64,000 nt of DNA from positions 10,354,001 to 10,418,000 of the forward strand of contig CM022666.1 in NCBI GenBank assembly GCA_012295275.1. Reading direction: 5' to 3'. Under the pieces are notes generated by a model. That model did no database searches. It was given only the letters and a program-made list of their open reading frames with translations, and was not told the origin of the DNA. The position numbers were made by a program, and so were the translations under genes. Positions 1 to 12,290 of the stretch are shown piece after piece (positions within the stretch are counted from its first letter, which is position 1; the number at the start of each line of letters is the position of its first letter). Source of the stretch: Chrysomallon squamiferum. Lineage: Eukaryota > Animalia > Mollusca.

Positions 1-455
1 ATAGTGGATGCATAATGAATTTTTTTATACAAATGAGGTCTGTCTTGTATGCATAAGGCAATCTAGATTTTAATATTTTACTAAATATGACAACACTCAG
101 AATCTAACAAAGCATAGTGGGATATCTGATCAATAGTGACAGTTATTAGCTCATGAACTGAATTATGTCATACAAAATGCGTAGACAGATGATAAATTTA
201 TAAAAGAATTTTCTTTGATTAAATGGTAAAGTAATACTTTTTTTAAAACTTTTTTTTTTTTTTATTTTTATTATTATTATTAATTGTAGTAGTAGCAGCA
301 GAAGTAGTAATAGTAGTTTAATTTAAATTTCACATTTAACTGATGACTAGATTAGTCAAATATTTATCTACACTTTATTATATGACGAGGGAAATTTCTG
401 GAATCTGAATTTATGAATCATCAAAATGTTTAAAAAAAGAAAAACTTTCTTTCAG

Positions 456-552
456 GGTGGGAGGTTTAAGTTCATCACCTAGAACCATCCACGAATCACT
501 GAGAAAAACAAAGTCTACAGTTTGTAAAGAATCTCAAAAATTCATTTATTGA
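456..552 (+). CDS. Possible terminal exon of a gene entering from the left edge (product unidentified)
   Basis: Good acceptor (ctttctttcag at 445-455), followed by GGRFKFIT* in phase 0 (stop 480-482) or VGGLSSSPRTIHESLRKTKSTVCKESQKFIY* in phase 2. The surroundings are CpG-poor. No upstream exon lies in the window to fix the phase. Confidence 0.3.
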
Positions 553-1139
553 TTTTTACATAACTCTCCAGTTATAAAAACATGTTGAAAGTGTTAAGTT
601 GTGTTAACTTTTGTACTGGAAATATTTTGTGTGTTCTTGTGCTGAGGATATATTCAGTAAACACACACACAAACACACGTGTGTATGTATGTATATTAGT
701 ATGTTGAGAATATGTTTAATTTTGTTGATAATGTATTAATTATTGTGATAATTGTTATAGAAAATTATGAATTTGAATTCAGGATAGATTTATTTATTTT
801 TGTTTTATTAACATTTTAACTTTTAAATTTAGGATACATTTCTTTTTGAGTTAAAATTATATTTATTTTTCAGTTAAGTATACATTTGTGATGAAATATT
901 TATTTCAGAGTTATGTAAGAGATCAACAGAGGAATATTTGACATTCCTCATCTTTCTTTATATAAACATTTGTCTGGTTTCTAGTTGCCATGGTTAAGGT
1001 GCTGACTAATAATAACTGTGTTCATATCTCAGTACAAGCTACATGAGCAAGTATAAAATCACAATGCCTTGCTTAATAACACTGGATAGTCATATAGCAG
1101 GTTTGAACCTTTGGTGATAATATATTATAGTATTTATAT

Positions 1140-1280
1140 GTGTACGTGTGTATCTGTGTATATTTATGTGTATGTTCGTGTGTGTGTGTGTGTGTGTAAT
1201 GTGTGTGTGTTGTGTGTGTGTGTAATATGAATATATATTGTATGTAAGAGTGTGTGTATGCATGCATATGCATGTGTGTT
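1140..1280. repeat. Imperfect (TG)n microsatellite region
   Basis: Interrupted TG/TA dinucleotide runs. Confidence 0.85.
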
Positions 1281-2656
1281 AGTATAGGAATAGCATGGGT
1301 GTTTATGGCATACAGTATATACTGAATTTACATGAACATGATTCTAATAGAAGTGTACTTTATGTTTGGTGTATGTTGTTTTTGATAAGTTTGTTATGTC
1401 CTGTTTTGGGATATATGTGACTGTATATGTGTGCCTGTGTGCATCTACATGTATATCCTAGGTGGACAAACTGACATAAATACACAAATATAAAGAGACA
1501 GATGTAAATTAAGTTTCATTAAAAAGAAACTCTTTATTTATTGTCCATCAGAAATAACAGGACATCTTTTGTAACTTTATCCCAGAATTTAATTACAAAT
1601 TGTTGTTATTTATTTTGGTAGATAGGATATGGGTAAATTTTCAGCCACCTTCTGAATATAAATATATATAATGTAAGCAACTGAATATTTATAAATGTTA
1701 ACTGCATGATCATGAATTTATTATTAAAAATACTGAAACATATAAAATTACCTAATGTATGAAGTGTAGTTACTTCATACATGTCAAACTTTTGACACAT
1801 ATTTATGTTTGTTATTCAACTTTGTTCACTATCATAAAATTTAAAACAAGATAATAATTTACAAGTAATGTAACTATTATTAGAATTGTAAAAAATTAAC
1901 AATACTGAATATATTAAATGACGTCAGTGACAGCTATTGAGAACGGACGGACATTAATTAATGTTTATCGACGTGGAGTGACCACTACTTTACTGTGTGT
2001 TTTTGTGTTTGTTTTTTTAAATAAATCAAATCTCTTCAGTAAAAAGTGTCGTTATAAATTAAATTATATTAATTCGATCATAATTTTACTTACCTGTTAA
2101 ACTGTATGAAAAATGGTTAAACTAACACAGCCTAGAATCAAGTTACGTATGTTTGACGTATGAGCTTCGAAAGATATTTCTACTAGCTTCCGACATTTCT
2201 TTGCGGTAACATCACTTCTTAAAACACACCTGCGCTCAGGTGAGGAAGGGCACGTCACTCTAACATGTTGACAGGTATTTTTATTTTATTTTTGTGCATG
2301 GGAGATAACTGTTTTAACCGATCGGTGAATCCCTAAAAATATTCCTGTGATTATGATAATTTCAAAAAATATATAATAACTGTTTTAAAAGCATAACTAT
2401 TACAGGAATATAATTTAATATTTACGTATATATCTAGATATATAGATATATAGATATATGTTTGCGTACGTATGCTAAAACCCTGTTAATGAGATAATTG
2501 CGATATAATGGGGTTTTTTGGCTTCTTTAACTTTAGTAAAAGTTGTATTATAAAGTGTACGCATCCGTATAGGTGTATTATAAATAAATATATTTATCTC
2601 TCTATGTTTATTTGTGTGTGTGTGTGTGTGTGGTTTACTGTTTATCATTCTTTTTA

Positions 2657-3208
2657 CAGTGGAACCTCGGGTACGAACTTAATTCGTTACAGAACTCTGA
2701 TCGTAAACCGAAGCGATGTCAGACACACGAACGCCATTCTCGTGTTTTGCAATTATGTCTTTCTTAACCTCTACTGTGATGCGTTTATACTTTCCACCAG
2801 CACTATCGCTTTCAATTTTTGTTTTGTTGGGCGCCATATTGGATAGAGTATAATGAAATATATACGCATAAAATCAGCAACGCTTTAAAAAAATGCGAGC
2901 GCACAATATCAATGCAAAAGCTGTTGGGCTGCAACTGTGTATTGAAGACTAAAGACCCTAATTCCTGATATATATTTGCTATAGGGATGCCTACAATCCT
3001 TACTTTGACCTCGGTTTTGACGTTAACATCTAGTCTTATCTTTACTACATGTTGACGTCAAAACCGACGTCAAAAGAAAGCTTGTGGCGCGTTGCTCTAG
3101 TTCGTAACTCAGGATATTATTCGTAAACCGACACAAAAATTGCCCAAGATCACGGTTCGTAATCCGATTGTTCGTGCTTCGAGGCGTTTGTAACCCGAGG
3201 TTCCAGAG
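2657..3208 (-). mobile_element. Tigger/pogo-type non-autonomous DNA transposon (internally deleted)
   Basis: TA-flanked TIRs: CAGTGGAACCTCGGGTACGAAC on the left; the right end reverse-complements to CTCTGGAACCTCGGGTTACAAAC. It retains the transposase N-terminus on the minus strand from 2837: MAPNKTKIESDSAGGKYKRITVEVKKDIIAKHENGVRVSDIA (CENP-B/psq-type HTH). Confidence 0.85.
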
Positions 3209-3318
3209 TATTTGTTACCATATCTTATTAAATATTTCATGAGGTTATGGCGTAAGAATTCACAGGGAACTATATTAAGATTTTCACCGGAATACTTCTT
3301 TGTCGTCAAGGGCGCGAT

Positions 3319-3326
3319 CGGAAGTG
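3319..3326 (+). promoter_or_regulatory. ETS-type motif in the CpG-rich proximal promoter of DYNLT2B
   Basis: CGGAAGTG about 40 bp upstream of the ATG in a CpG-dense patch. Confidence 0.4.
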
Positions 3327-3366
3327 TTTTCGTCGTCGTTTATGTCAAATACATAGTTTTATTAAA

Positions 3367-6300
3367 ATGGGTGATGAACCGCAAGAAAGTGTTAGTAATA
3401 GTTATATTATTCGTCCCAATTTTGCTCACAAGTAAGTAAGAAATGGTTTTGATAGCATCGGTCTTAGTGGCAAATAACTTACACTTAAAAAATGTATGCA
3501 GTGACGGTCCAGGTTATAGTTTCTACCATAAAATGATAAATCATAAATAATTAAAATTAGTTGCCAGACTTATTTCGTACTTACGAAATTCATTATGATA
3601 ATGTAGAAAGTTATGGTAAACAACTTCACCCACCATATGAATTGTGTTTGAATTATCCTTGATAAATATTAACAGCGTTATATTAATATCAGTAACAATT
3701 ATTTTAGAGTTGACATTTATGCAAATTTAAACGTTTGTTTATTAATGAATCGTTCTGTAATTCAACCTTAATTAATTCTCAGAAAATAATAAATGACAAA
3801 AATATCAAATTCTAAACCGGTGTGGCAGGAAATCACACACCCTGTAAATCACAAAAGCCCCCATTCGTGATTTCCTAGGAAATCGCAAACCCCCAGGTCC
3901 ATATTTAGTCCATATTTAGGTTTACCATTTATTAGGAAATTACAACCCCCTCGTAATATAACAGACATACCAGTAGTGATGGTGTCTTTAACTGCATCTG
4001 ACCATAAGCCTTCCTGCCACGTGATTTTAAAATGAACAACATATATTTGCACGTTAGAAACGGGTCCAATTGGGGATTTATGCACATTTTTTTTCACAAA
4101 ATTAATTATGTTTATGTTTAAGAATGATTTAAAGTACAGTATGTCTATGAAATTGCAATAAACAGTATTTCATCTGCCGCTACCCTAAAATTTGGATTTT
4201 TCTGACTTTCTTTTTAGCTCCAGCTACAAAAACCTCTAGTCCCAAACTTGTGATATACAACTATCAAATAATAAGATATGAAATTATTTATTGACCAACT
4301 TCCTTCATACACAATAATTAATCAAAATACTGATAACACTTACTGTAGTAGTCAGAAACAGTTAGTATATACTTCTGTCTGAGATTCATCAGTCTATACC
4401 AATGGTGTGCCAGAATATGGACCTAAAAGGGATCATATGGGGTGTGTGATTTCAAGGGGTTTATATTTAACTTCTGCACCAGGTTTAACACAACTGCAGA
4501 CTAGTAAATATTTAAGGAGAACACAGATCTCATAATTTTATTGCTGTTGTTTATTTTTATTTTTATTTTATTATTATATATATTTTTATTTTCTGATTAA
4601 TAATGGAAACATCCCAGTAATGTCTGAGTTAAAAAACAAACAAGAAATATCATTAAAAAAACCCAAAACAAACAAATAGAAGAAAAATATAATTAATGAA
4701 AATGAAAATAAAGAATTTGGTTCCATTTTTTCAAATTAGACAAAATTTACATGAGCTTTTGTGGTAATATTTATCATCAACAGTGTCACTTTATTCATTA
4801 ACTGGTTTTAAAAATAAATCCAATAATGAATTAAATAATATACAAAAATGTAAAACAGTATATTCTGATTTTTTTATCCCCACTGGTCAAATTAAAAATA
4901 ATAATAAAGAAAAAATAAGCATATATTTATTTTTAGCTGATACTGTACAAAATCTAATTAAAAGGAAAGATAAGACACAACTATTTGAAATTTGAAATTG
5001 TTTTTTTTAAATGTTTCAGTAATAACTTTTTATTTTTTATTTGTTATATATTTAATATTCATCTACTAGTCATTTAATTAAACATAAAAATTATGAGAAA
5101 ATAAGTTTATTTAAAAGGAGTTCGTGAATAAAAAGTGTTGACAAAAAACTAACATATTTGTATTATTAATATTTAGCAAGTGTCAAACATTTGATTTTAG
5201 AATAGTGGTGATATGAGAGGAACCCTAATGTCACCTTTCCATTGGCATTTCTGAATACTTAGCAGCATTTGGAGAATCTTTCATTGTGCACTATCTCATC
5301 ACAGCAAATCATATACAAAGTCTTGCAGCATTCATAGAGACAGGAAATAAATATTTAAAGTTCTTATAATCCATATTGACAAAGTATAAACATACACAGA
5401 TGTTACTCTATATTATTAAGCAGTTTCTATATTATACACTAAGTTTAGTGTTTTTGTTTTGGCATAATTTAATTTCATTATTTCCAATATATATGCTTAT
5501 GTGACAGATTAAAAACTGACTCTTGTGATGCATCAGTGAATCAAACAAATTTTTATTGAGATCTAAGCCATACTGGGTGGTAACAACTGTAGCATTACAT
5601 TTGACCTACAAAGTCCCTGACATTGATTTTCATTTTATCATTGAATCATGTCCATATTTTCATTATTTCATTCCAGATTTGTCTTCAAACATAAAAACAG
5701 GAGCAAAACTATTAAATTTTGTTAAACAGCAAGTGATATTATAATAATTCCTGTTATTAGAATAATGTATTTCACTTTGTTCAAAGACCTATAATTAGAA
5801 TACTACACACAGACCTTTAGGGTCCTTGTATACCCTTCAGAGCTGGGTTTTAATTAGAACGAAATTATAACACTTATAATGTTAATGTAATTTAAACATA
5901 TATAAAGAAAAAAAGAAAATGTACTTCAGTTATTGCAGCGGTTCCTAAAATGGGTGATATGTATTTATGAGGAAATGATAAAGATAATTTAATTACTTCT
6001 TTCACTCCATATGCCAGGAAAAGTGAAATTCTTTATAGTCTTTTGGAATAGAAAGAAACAAATAGAGGATTCTGGAGATGAGGAAGAAAGTTTTGGGAAC
6101 TAATGAGTTTTTGTTTTGAGACTGTTTTATCAAATAACATAGTGCTGGCTTAATTGTGTATGAGATTATATATATAGATGATCAATTGAAGAGTAAGTGG
6201 AGAGTAGCATGAGATATCTGTTTCTCTTCCTACCTCTCAAATTATATTAAATGTTAACAATTAATGTTAGATATTTATTTTTTAATTTGGGTGTGTATAC

Positions 6301-9300
6301 ATGATTTTATATGTATGTATGTATATTTGCATGCATGTTTGTGTGTGTTTCAAGAATATAAGTTGAAAGAAACTGATGAATTAACTAAAACTGATTATAC
6401 ATAAATTTTGATATTGAAATGCATAGCTACAGAGGGTAGACGATGGTTGGCTTGCCTGCCATTATTTTGTTGTTGTTGTTGTTAAATTCAGCTTTTCGTG
6501 ATGAAATAAATTATTGATATGGATTTATGAATATTTTAACTCAAGATGTTTGGTGAAATGTAGGTGTAATTTATTTTATATGTTAAAATAAATAAAATTG
6601 TATTTCTTATTGTATTTTGTTTACTGTTACAAAAATTATTTCATAACCAGAAATGTTTCCTTTCAGTGTGCATTGATTTGTTTTACTTTTATAATCTCTG
6701 TGTATTTTCTGTAATAATAATCAAATATAAACTATAATGGTGATTTTATTTTATTTTATTCTTTTTTTAACAGATAATACATTGTTTGTATATTAAGGTT
6801 ATTTTAGGGAAAATTAAGGATCATAAAGGTGACACAAGGATCGTACAATTTAAAATGGATACAGTAATTAACACAAAACAATTTTATACATTTCAAAATA
6901 ATAGTTTTATCTGTTTAAGTTTTTGATTACAACAATCTTACCACAAAATAATATTTACTTTGTCATTTTGATTTTAGAAGAGTAAATTTTATAATCTGTC
7001 TGAAATCAAATATGTATATGTACGTGTATGTCTCTGCATGTTTTAGACAAAGAATATACAATCCTTTATAATAATTAAGTATGCATATATTTATTTTAAT
7101 TTGTCATTATCATTTTATATTGCATTTTAGTGGAATGTTATGCTTGCAAATAAAGCATGTAGACTATTTTTGACCTCATGATAAGGAATAGCTAGTGTTT
7201 ATTTTATAATATCTGATTAGTGTGTTATGTGAGATGTAATGTATTTTTAATTTGTAATTTCAGATTCCGGTCAGTGATGGTGAAGGAAATGATACACATG
7301 GTGTTAAATGAACACTTGTCAGACAAAGAGTACAACCCAGAAGAAACAACAGACTGGACTAAACTAATAGCAGACGACATTAAAACAAAACTGAAAGGTT
7401 AGAGTTCAGCTGAGTAAATATGGATTCAGTACCTGTAATTATTTAGACAAAAAGCCTAAATAACTATATTATGTAACAAACTGTTTGTTTTATTTATCCC
7501 TGGTGACTAAAAAGTTACTGAAGATATGTAAAACTATCATTTTGTCTTTTATCATACTTCATTTCATAAAACACATCTTACCAAAATTTACCAACCTCTT
7601 TCAGAGCAAATCAAATATTGTAAAATATCCTAAGTCTTATCAGGAATTTTTATATTTTTCACTGAGAAATGATATCAAGAAAATAAGAAACTGACAGCCT
7701 CTTCCATGAATTTATTATTTTATAGTAAAATTGTTGTTGTAATAAAAAACTGAAACAGATAAAACTATTATTTTGAAATGTATAAAACTGATTTGTGTAT
7801 ATTACTGTATCCATTTTAAATTGTATTATTGATATTTATGATCCTTTATTTTTCCAAAAATAACCTTAATATACAATAAACAATGAATTATCTATTTAAA
7901 AAATAAACTAATAAATATATTGTACATTCAAACATAAAAAAAAAAATGAAAACTTCAGTTCATAGGCATAGGAAGTTTTGAAATTATGAATATTTAAATT
8001 CATTAAACATGTTATGATCAAATATAAAGAATAACTACAGCTTCATTTATTACATGACATTTTAAAGTGTAAATTGCTTGAATAAAAATATAAAATATTT
8101 TGAAAATATGTTTATTTGATTTCAGATCTAGGTTATGATAGGTACAAGTTTGTTGTGCAAGTGGTTATAGGAGAACAGAGAGGCGAAGGAGTCAAGTAAG
8201 TTTAACTTATATATAACTGTATATATGTTTAAACTTGTTAGTGTAATTATTGAAGGGTAAAATAGCAGCTACCATTTAGTGCTGCAGACATAAGATAATT
8301 GTCACAGTTTATTATTAGAAATTATTGTAAAGACTGATTTACAAAAAATAATAAATAAAAAGGCATGTATATATTAATAAGAAATATATATAAAATAATG
8401 GCTTGGAAGTATACTTTATGCATGTTGTTTAAAAAAATACAGATACCCATTTTTGAACAAGTGTATTGTTTTAATTAATCATGAAGGTGTTGTAAGGAAT
8501 AAACTGATTTTGTTTATCTATCATATATTACCTTTAGTGTTTATTTCTAAAAGTTCATATTATGTATATGTTTAAATTCCTTTTGCATAATGCCAAGTTC
8601 AGTTAACAAATAAAACAGCGACTTAAATTCCACAAAATATCTATTTATCTTTGTATTTAATTAATTTCAGAATGGCTTGCAGATGTTTTTGGGATTCAGA
8701 TACAGATAATTATGCTCAAGATATTTTTATGAATGTAAGTAACTTGATTTACAGTGATACCTAATAAACTACATCCTGTGGTCTTATAGATGGCAGATGA
8801 GAACTCAGCCTTTGAAGGTTTTGTACTAGTTGGGTTTATTTATGTTCTTTTTCCTATTTAACTTCTTCTTTTTTCTTTTGTTTTTTGTCGTTATTTTAGA
8901 AATTTATTTAAAATGTACATATATATATATATTTTTTTTTATCTCGTTTAACATTTCATAAAGTTCATTATCTTTATCTCTATGACAACGCAATACTTAG
9001 TTTTTCTAGAACTTCTTGAAAAATATTTTCCTTAGTATGATGAACTGTAATTATTAGATAGCATAATTCTGTTTTTGTTACAGTAGCAGTCACTAATCTG
9101 TTACTAACCTGTATTTTTATAGATGTTTCAAGAGACATTATTTATACTGATGTGACACATTTGAAATGATTATGATAAGAAACTTAAAAATAATTTGTTT
9201 TAAAATAATATAATAAATGAATAAATTCATGAAACTCCTGATTACACTTTATTTAAAATATCTAGAGATGGTAACTGTATTACTACCTGTTTATATCGAA

Positions 9301-9665
9301 ATGCTGTTAAATAATGTTTAGGTAATGTCATACAGAAGTGGTTTTTTTCAACATAAAAAGAAAGGATATGAATAGATATAACTAAAAATATATTAATGTA
9401 ACACACTGAAAAAAACTAAGTGTTAGTTTTGACATGTTAGAACTTGACTTAGCATTCAAAACTAAATGTGGTAACAATTTTTTGACTATAGACTCGGGTG
9501 TTTCTAAGACATGCTGTTAAAAATAGATAACTGCAAACACTTATTACTGAATTCTTATCCCAGTTACTTGAACTATTGCCAGAATCTGCTACACACATTT
9601 TATTCCTTCTTTTTCAGGACTCATTATTCTGTGTGGCTGCAGCTTTTGGTGCATTTTACTACTAA
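3367..9665 (+). CDS. DYNLT2B: Dynein light chain Tctex-type 2B (Tctex1 domain-containing protein 2), 126 aa, 5 coding exons
   Basis: Exons 3367-3431, 7264-7397, 8126-8195, 8671-8734, 9618-9665; all GT-AG, phases continuous, 381 nt. Protein MGDEPQESVSNSYIIRPNFAHKFRSVMVKEMIHMVLNEHLSDKEYNPEETTDWTKLIADDIKTKLKDLGYDRYKFVVQVVIGEQRGEGVKMACRCFWDSDTDNYAQDIFMNDSLFCVAAAFGAFYY*. The motifs Y.IRP, RYK.VVQVVIGEQRGEGV, RC.WD.DTDNYA and the FYY end are typical of TCTEX1D2. Confidence 0.95.
3817..4483. mobile_element. Degenerate MITE-like element with repeated subterminal motif
   Basis: The left end carries GAAATCACACACCC and variants (AAATCACAAAAGCCCC, GAAATCGCAAACCCC). The right end carries the inverse GGGGTGTGTGATTTC (about 4439-4453). 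Outer flanks are taaaCC...GGttta. No coding remnant seen. Confidence 0.5.
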
Positions 9666-10145
9666 AACTGAATTTATCCATTCATGTTAATGATTATTTA
9701 TTAGATGGAGATTTGTAAGGGGAGACAATTTGACATACATCTATTTCCAGCAAACATTAAAGATGGTGAAATATAAAAATTGTTTTAAAATTTCAGTCAG
9801 ATTATGTATAAAACTAATTCCAGTTTTTAAATTTTTGAAGATAAAAAGGTTGCTGTAAAAAAAATAATAACAGAAGTAATAATTGGATGTGTATAATAAA
9901 CAATTGTCAGACATTGCAAAATATTATTATTATTATTATTATTAAATTCATCATTATCAGTAATGCACATATTTTATCTTCACCAACAAGAATAATTAAA
10001 AATTAATTTACTATAACTTAACTGTTTTTATAAATTGTAAAACAGATTATATTAATGTATAAGCATCATCTGTTGTTATAAAATTGTCTGATTACATTTT
10101 TCACATTTTGACATTTTTTTCATCACCTGATGCTGTTTATTTCTT

Positions 10146-10160
10146 TTGTTGTTGTTGTTG

Positions 10161-10207
<47 letters not shown>
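10146..10207. repeat. (TTG)n-(TG)n compound microsatellite
   Basis: Read directly from the sequence. Confidence 0.95.
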
Positions 10208-10208
<1 letters not shown>

Positions 10209-10559
10209 TAAATTTCATTATTTTATAGACTGAATCTTATTTGTTATATTTTCTTTAATTAAAAATACAAATTATTGAACAAAATTTATAAGATACCAGT
10301 AAAAATGATAATAAAAATATTCTCTTCTAATTGTTTTTCTTTATTTATTTCTTTATTTTTTTTAAATAATTGTTATAATTGAAATAATTGTCCAGCAAGA
10401 TAAACACTTTTAAAAAGAAAATGCTTTCAGTTTAAATTTGTTTTTCTGTTAAAATGTTGTTATACATTATGTAGCAAGAAAATAGTCTGGGATCAAATAT
10501 AACATGAATATAAATTAGTTTGACCATCAAAATCTACAGTACTAAGATCATTTATTCTT

Positions 10560-11040
10560 TTGTACAACTAAAACAAACTGAACACAAGACTATAACAAAC
10601 TTAATGCTCTATACTGTAGACTAACTACATATAACTATAATAGATTATATTCAACTTTAACAAACTGAACAGTACATCTATAACAAATGAATGTGTACAA
10701 TTACAACAAACTGAAAACTAGAACTATAGCAAAATGTGTACAACTACAACAAACTAAACATGTAGAACTATAACAAACTCAAAATTGATGAACTAATATG
10801 GAACATCAAAAACTCAACAAACTCGACAAATGTTATAGCAAACTGAACATTGCAGAAATATACCAAACTAAACTATAACAATCTAAACAGATATCACTAT
10901 AACAAATATATGCACAACTATGATAAACTAAAAAATGTAGAGCTATAATAAACCAAACTAAACTATAGCAAACCAAATGCTTATAGACCTATGGCAAATC
11001 AAACATGTATACATATAACAAAGTGAACATTTTAGATGTA
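10560..11040. repeat. Degenerate minisatellite (ACTATAACAAACTGAAC-type core)
   Basis: The core acta(t/c)aacaaact recurs at roughly 20-30 bp spacing with many substitutions. Confidence 0.75.
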
Positions 11041-11784
11041 TAAGAAACAGAAAAAGCCATTGAGAATGAACTGATAACTTTAGAGGATAAATATAAATGA
11101 TTATAAAATAAGAAGAAGAATTCCAAAGGATAAAAAAGTTTTAAAATAGTTGAAACATAAACTAATGAAAAAAATTATTTTGGACAAACAAGAATAAGCT
11201 GAATATATATTAGAATGATAAAAACAAATTTAAAATTAATAAATAATGCCATTAAAATAAAATTAACTACAACTTTACTATCATATTATACAGTGATTGC
11301 CAAATCTGTCATTTGTAACTGATGCAATTACAATTATGACATTGCAACAACAGACTGTGCAATAAATATTTACATGTATACTTCTTTCCATGTGATAATT
11401 AATTACACTTAATTAGCCATAAAGAGAAATTATTATTTTATTTTTATTACTATTTTATTTATTATTTTTATTTTTTAATTTGTCTGCAGTACAACATATA
11501 AGATGTACGTGAAAATGAATAACACCTACAAACAGAAACATGGATAATTCAAATATAATTTAATTACTGCTAGAAAACAACCATCTCATGTTTCAAAACA
11601 CAATTTATCAAACTCTATGGCTAACTGCCAAAACCCTTACTTTTAGAAAGCATATCGGAATGCAGCACATATTTATATCATATGGTTTGCTTGTTATTTC
11701 TTAGAGAAAGCATAATTCAAAATAGTGTTTCACTTCCTTTTTCCTTACCTAACATGTGTAGATCATTTATTTTATTTATTTATT

Positions 11785-11786
<2 letters not shown>

Positions 11787-11853
<67 letters not shown>
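11787..11853. repeat. (ATT)n microsatellite
   Basis: Read directly; it produces the spurious poly-Ile ORF 11682-11927. Confidence 0.95.
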
Positions 11854-11856
<3 letters not shown>

Positions 11857-12039
11857 TGTTGTTGATGATGTTGCTGCTGCTGTTGTTAATCAATTTTATT
11901 AAATACTTCAACCTTAAGAGGTTTTGATCATTTCTAGTCCAGCGACTTTCATTGTACTAAAAATTTAAACTGACTAATTCAAAATTCTTCATACCATTAA
12001 ATGTAAGTATTAAGTCACTGAAATAGAACAGAAAACAAC

Positions 12040-12290
12040 ACTTTAAAATAACTTTAAATAAAACATGCAGAAATAGTCCAGCAGCTTTAAATGGTCTAAT
12101 ATTTTAAATAGACTAAATCATACAGAAATATTCTTTTAACTTTGAATAGACTAAAATCAGATGGCAATAAGCCAATATCTTTAAATAAAGTAAATTACAT
12201 TGAAATAGACTATTAACTTTAAGTAGATTCAGTTAAATGGAATAGGCTTAATCACACTGAGCTAGTTGAATTTCATTAAGTAGTTTAAAA
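12040..12290. repeat. Degenerate tandem repeat of about 39 bp
   Basis: Recurrent blocks such as ctttaaata(g)actaaa...cagaaata at about 39-bp spacing. Confidence 0.5.

Noticed and set aside
984-998. RFX X-box-like GTTGCCATGGTTAAG as a regulator of the ciliary gene DYNLT2B
   Set aside because: The second half-site is imperfect, and it lies about 2.4 kb upstream, beyond a transposon and another promoter-like patch.
11682-11927. Poly-Ile, poly-Asn and Thr-His/Val-Cys ORFs in the ORF track (also 1073-1273, 18651-18911, 23680-23958, 45013-45231)
   Set aside because: These are translations of microsatellites with no splice or homology support.
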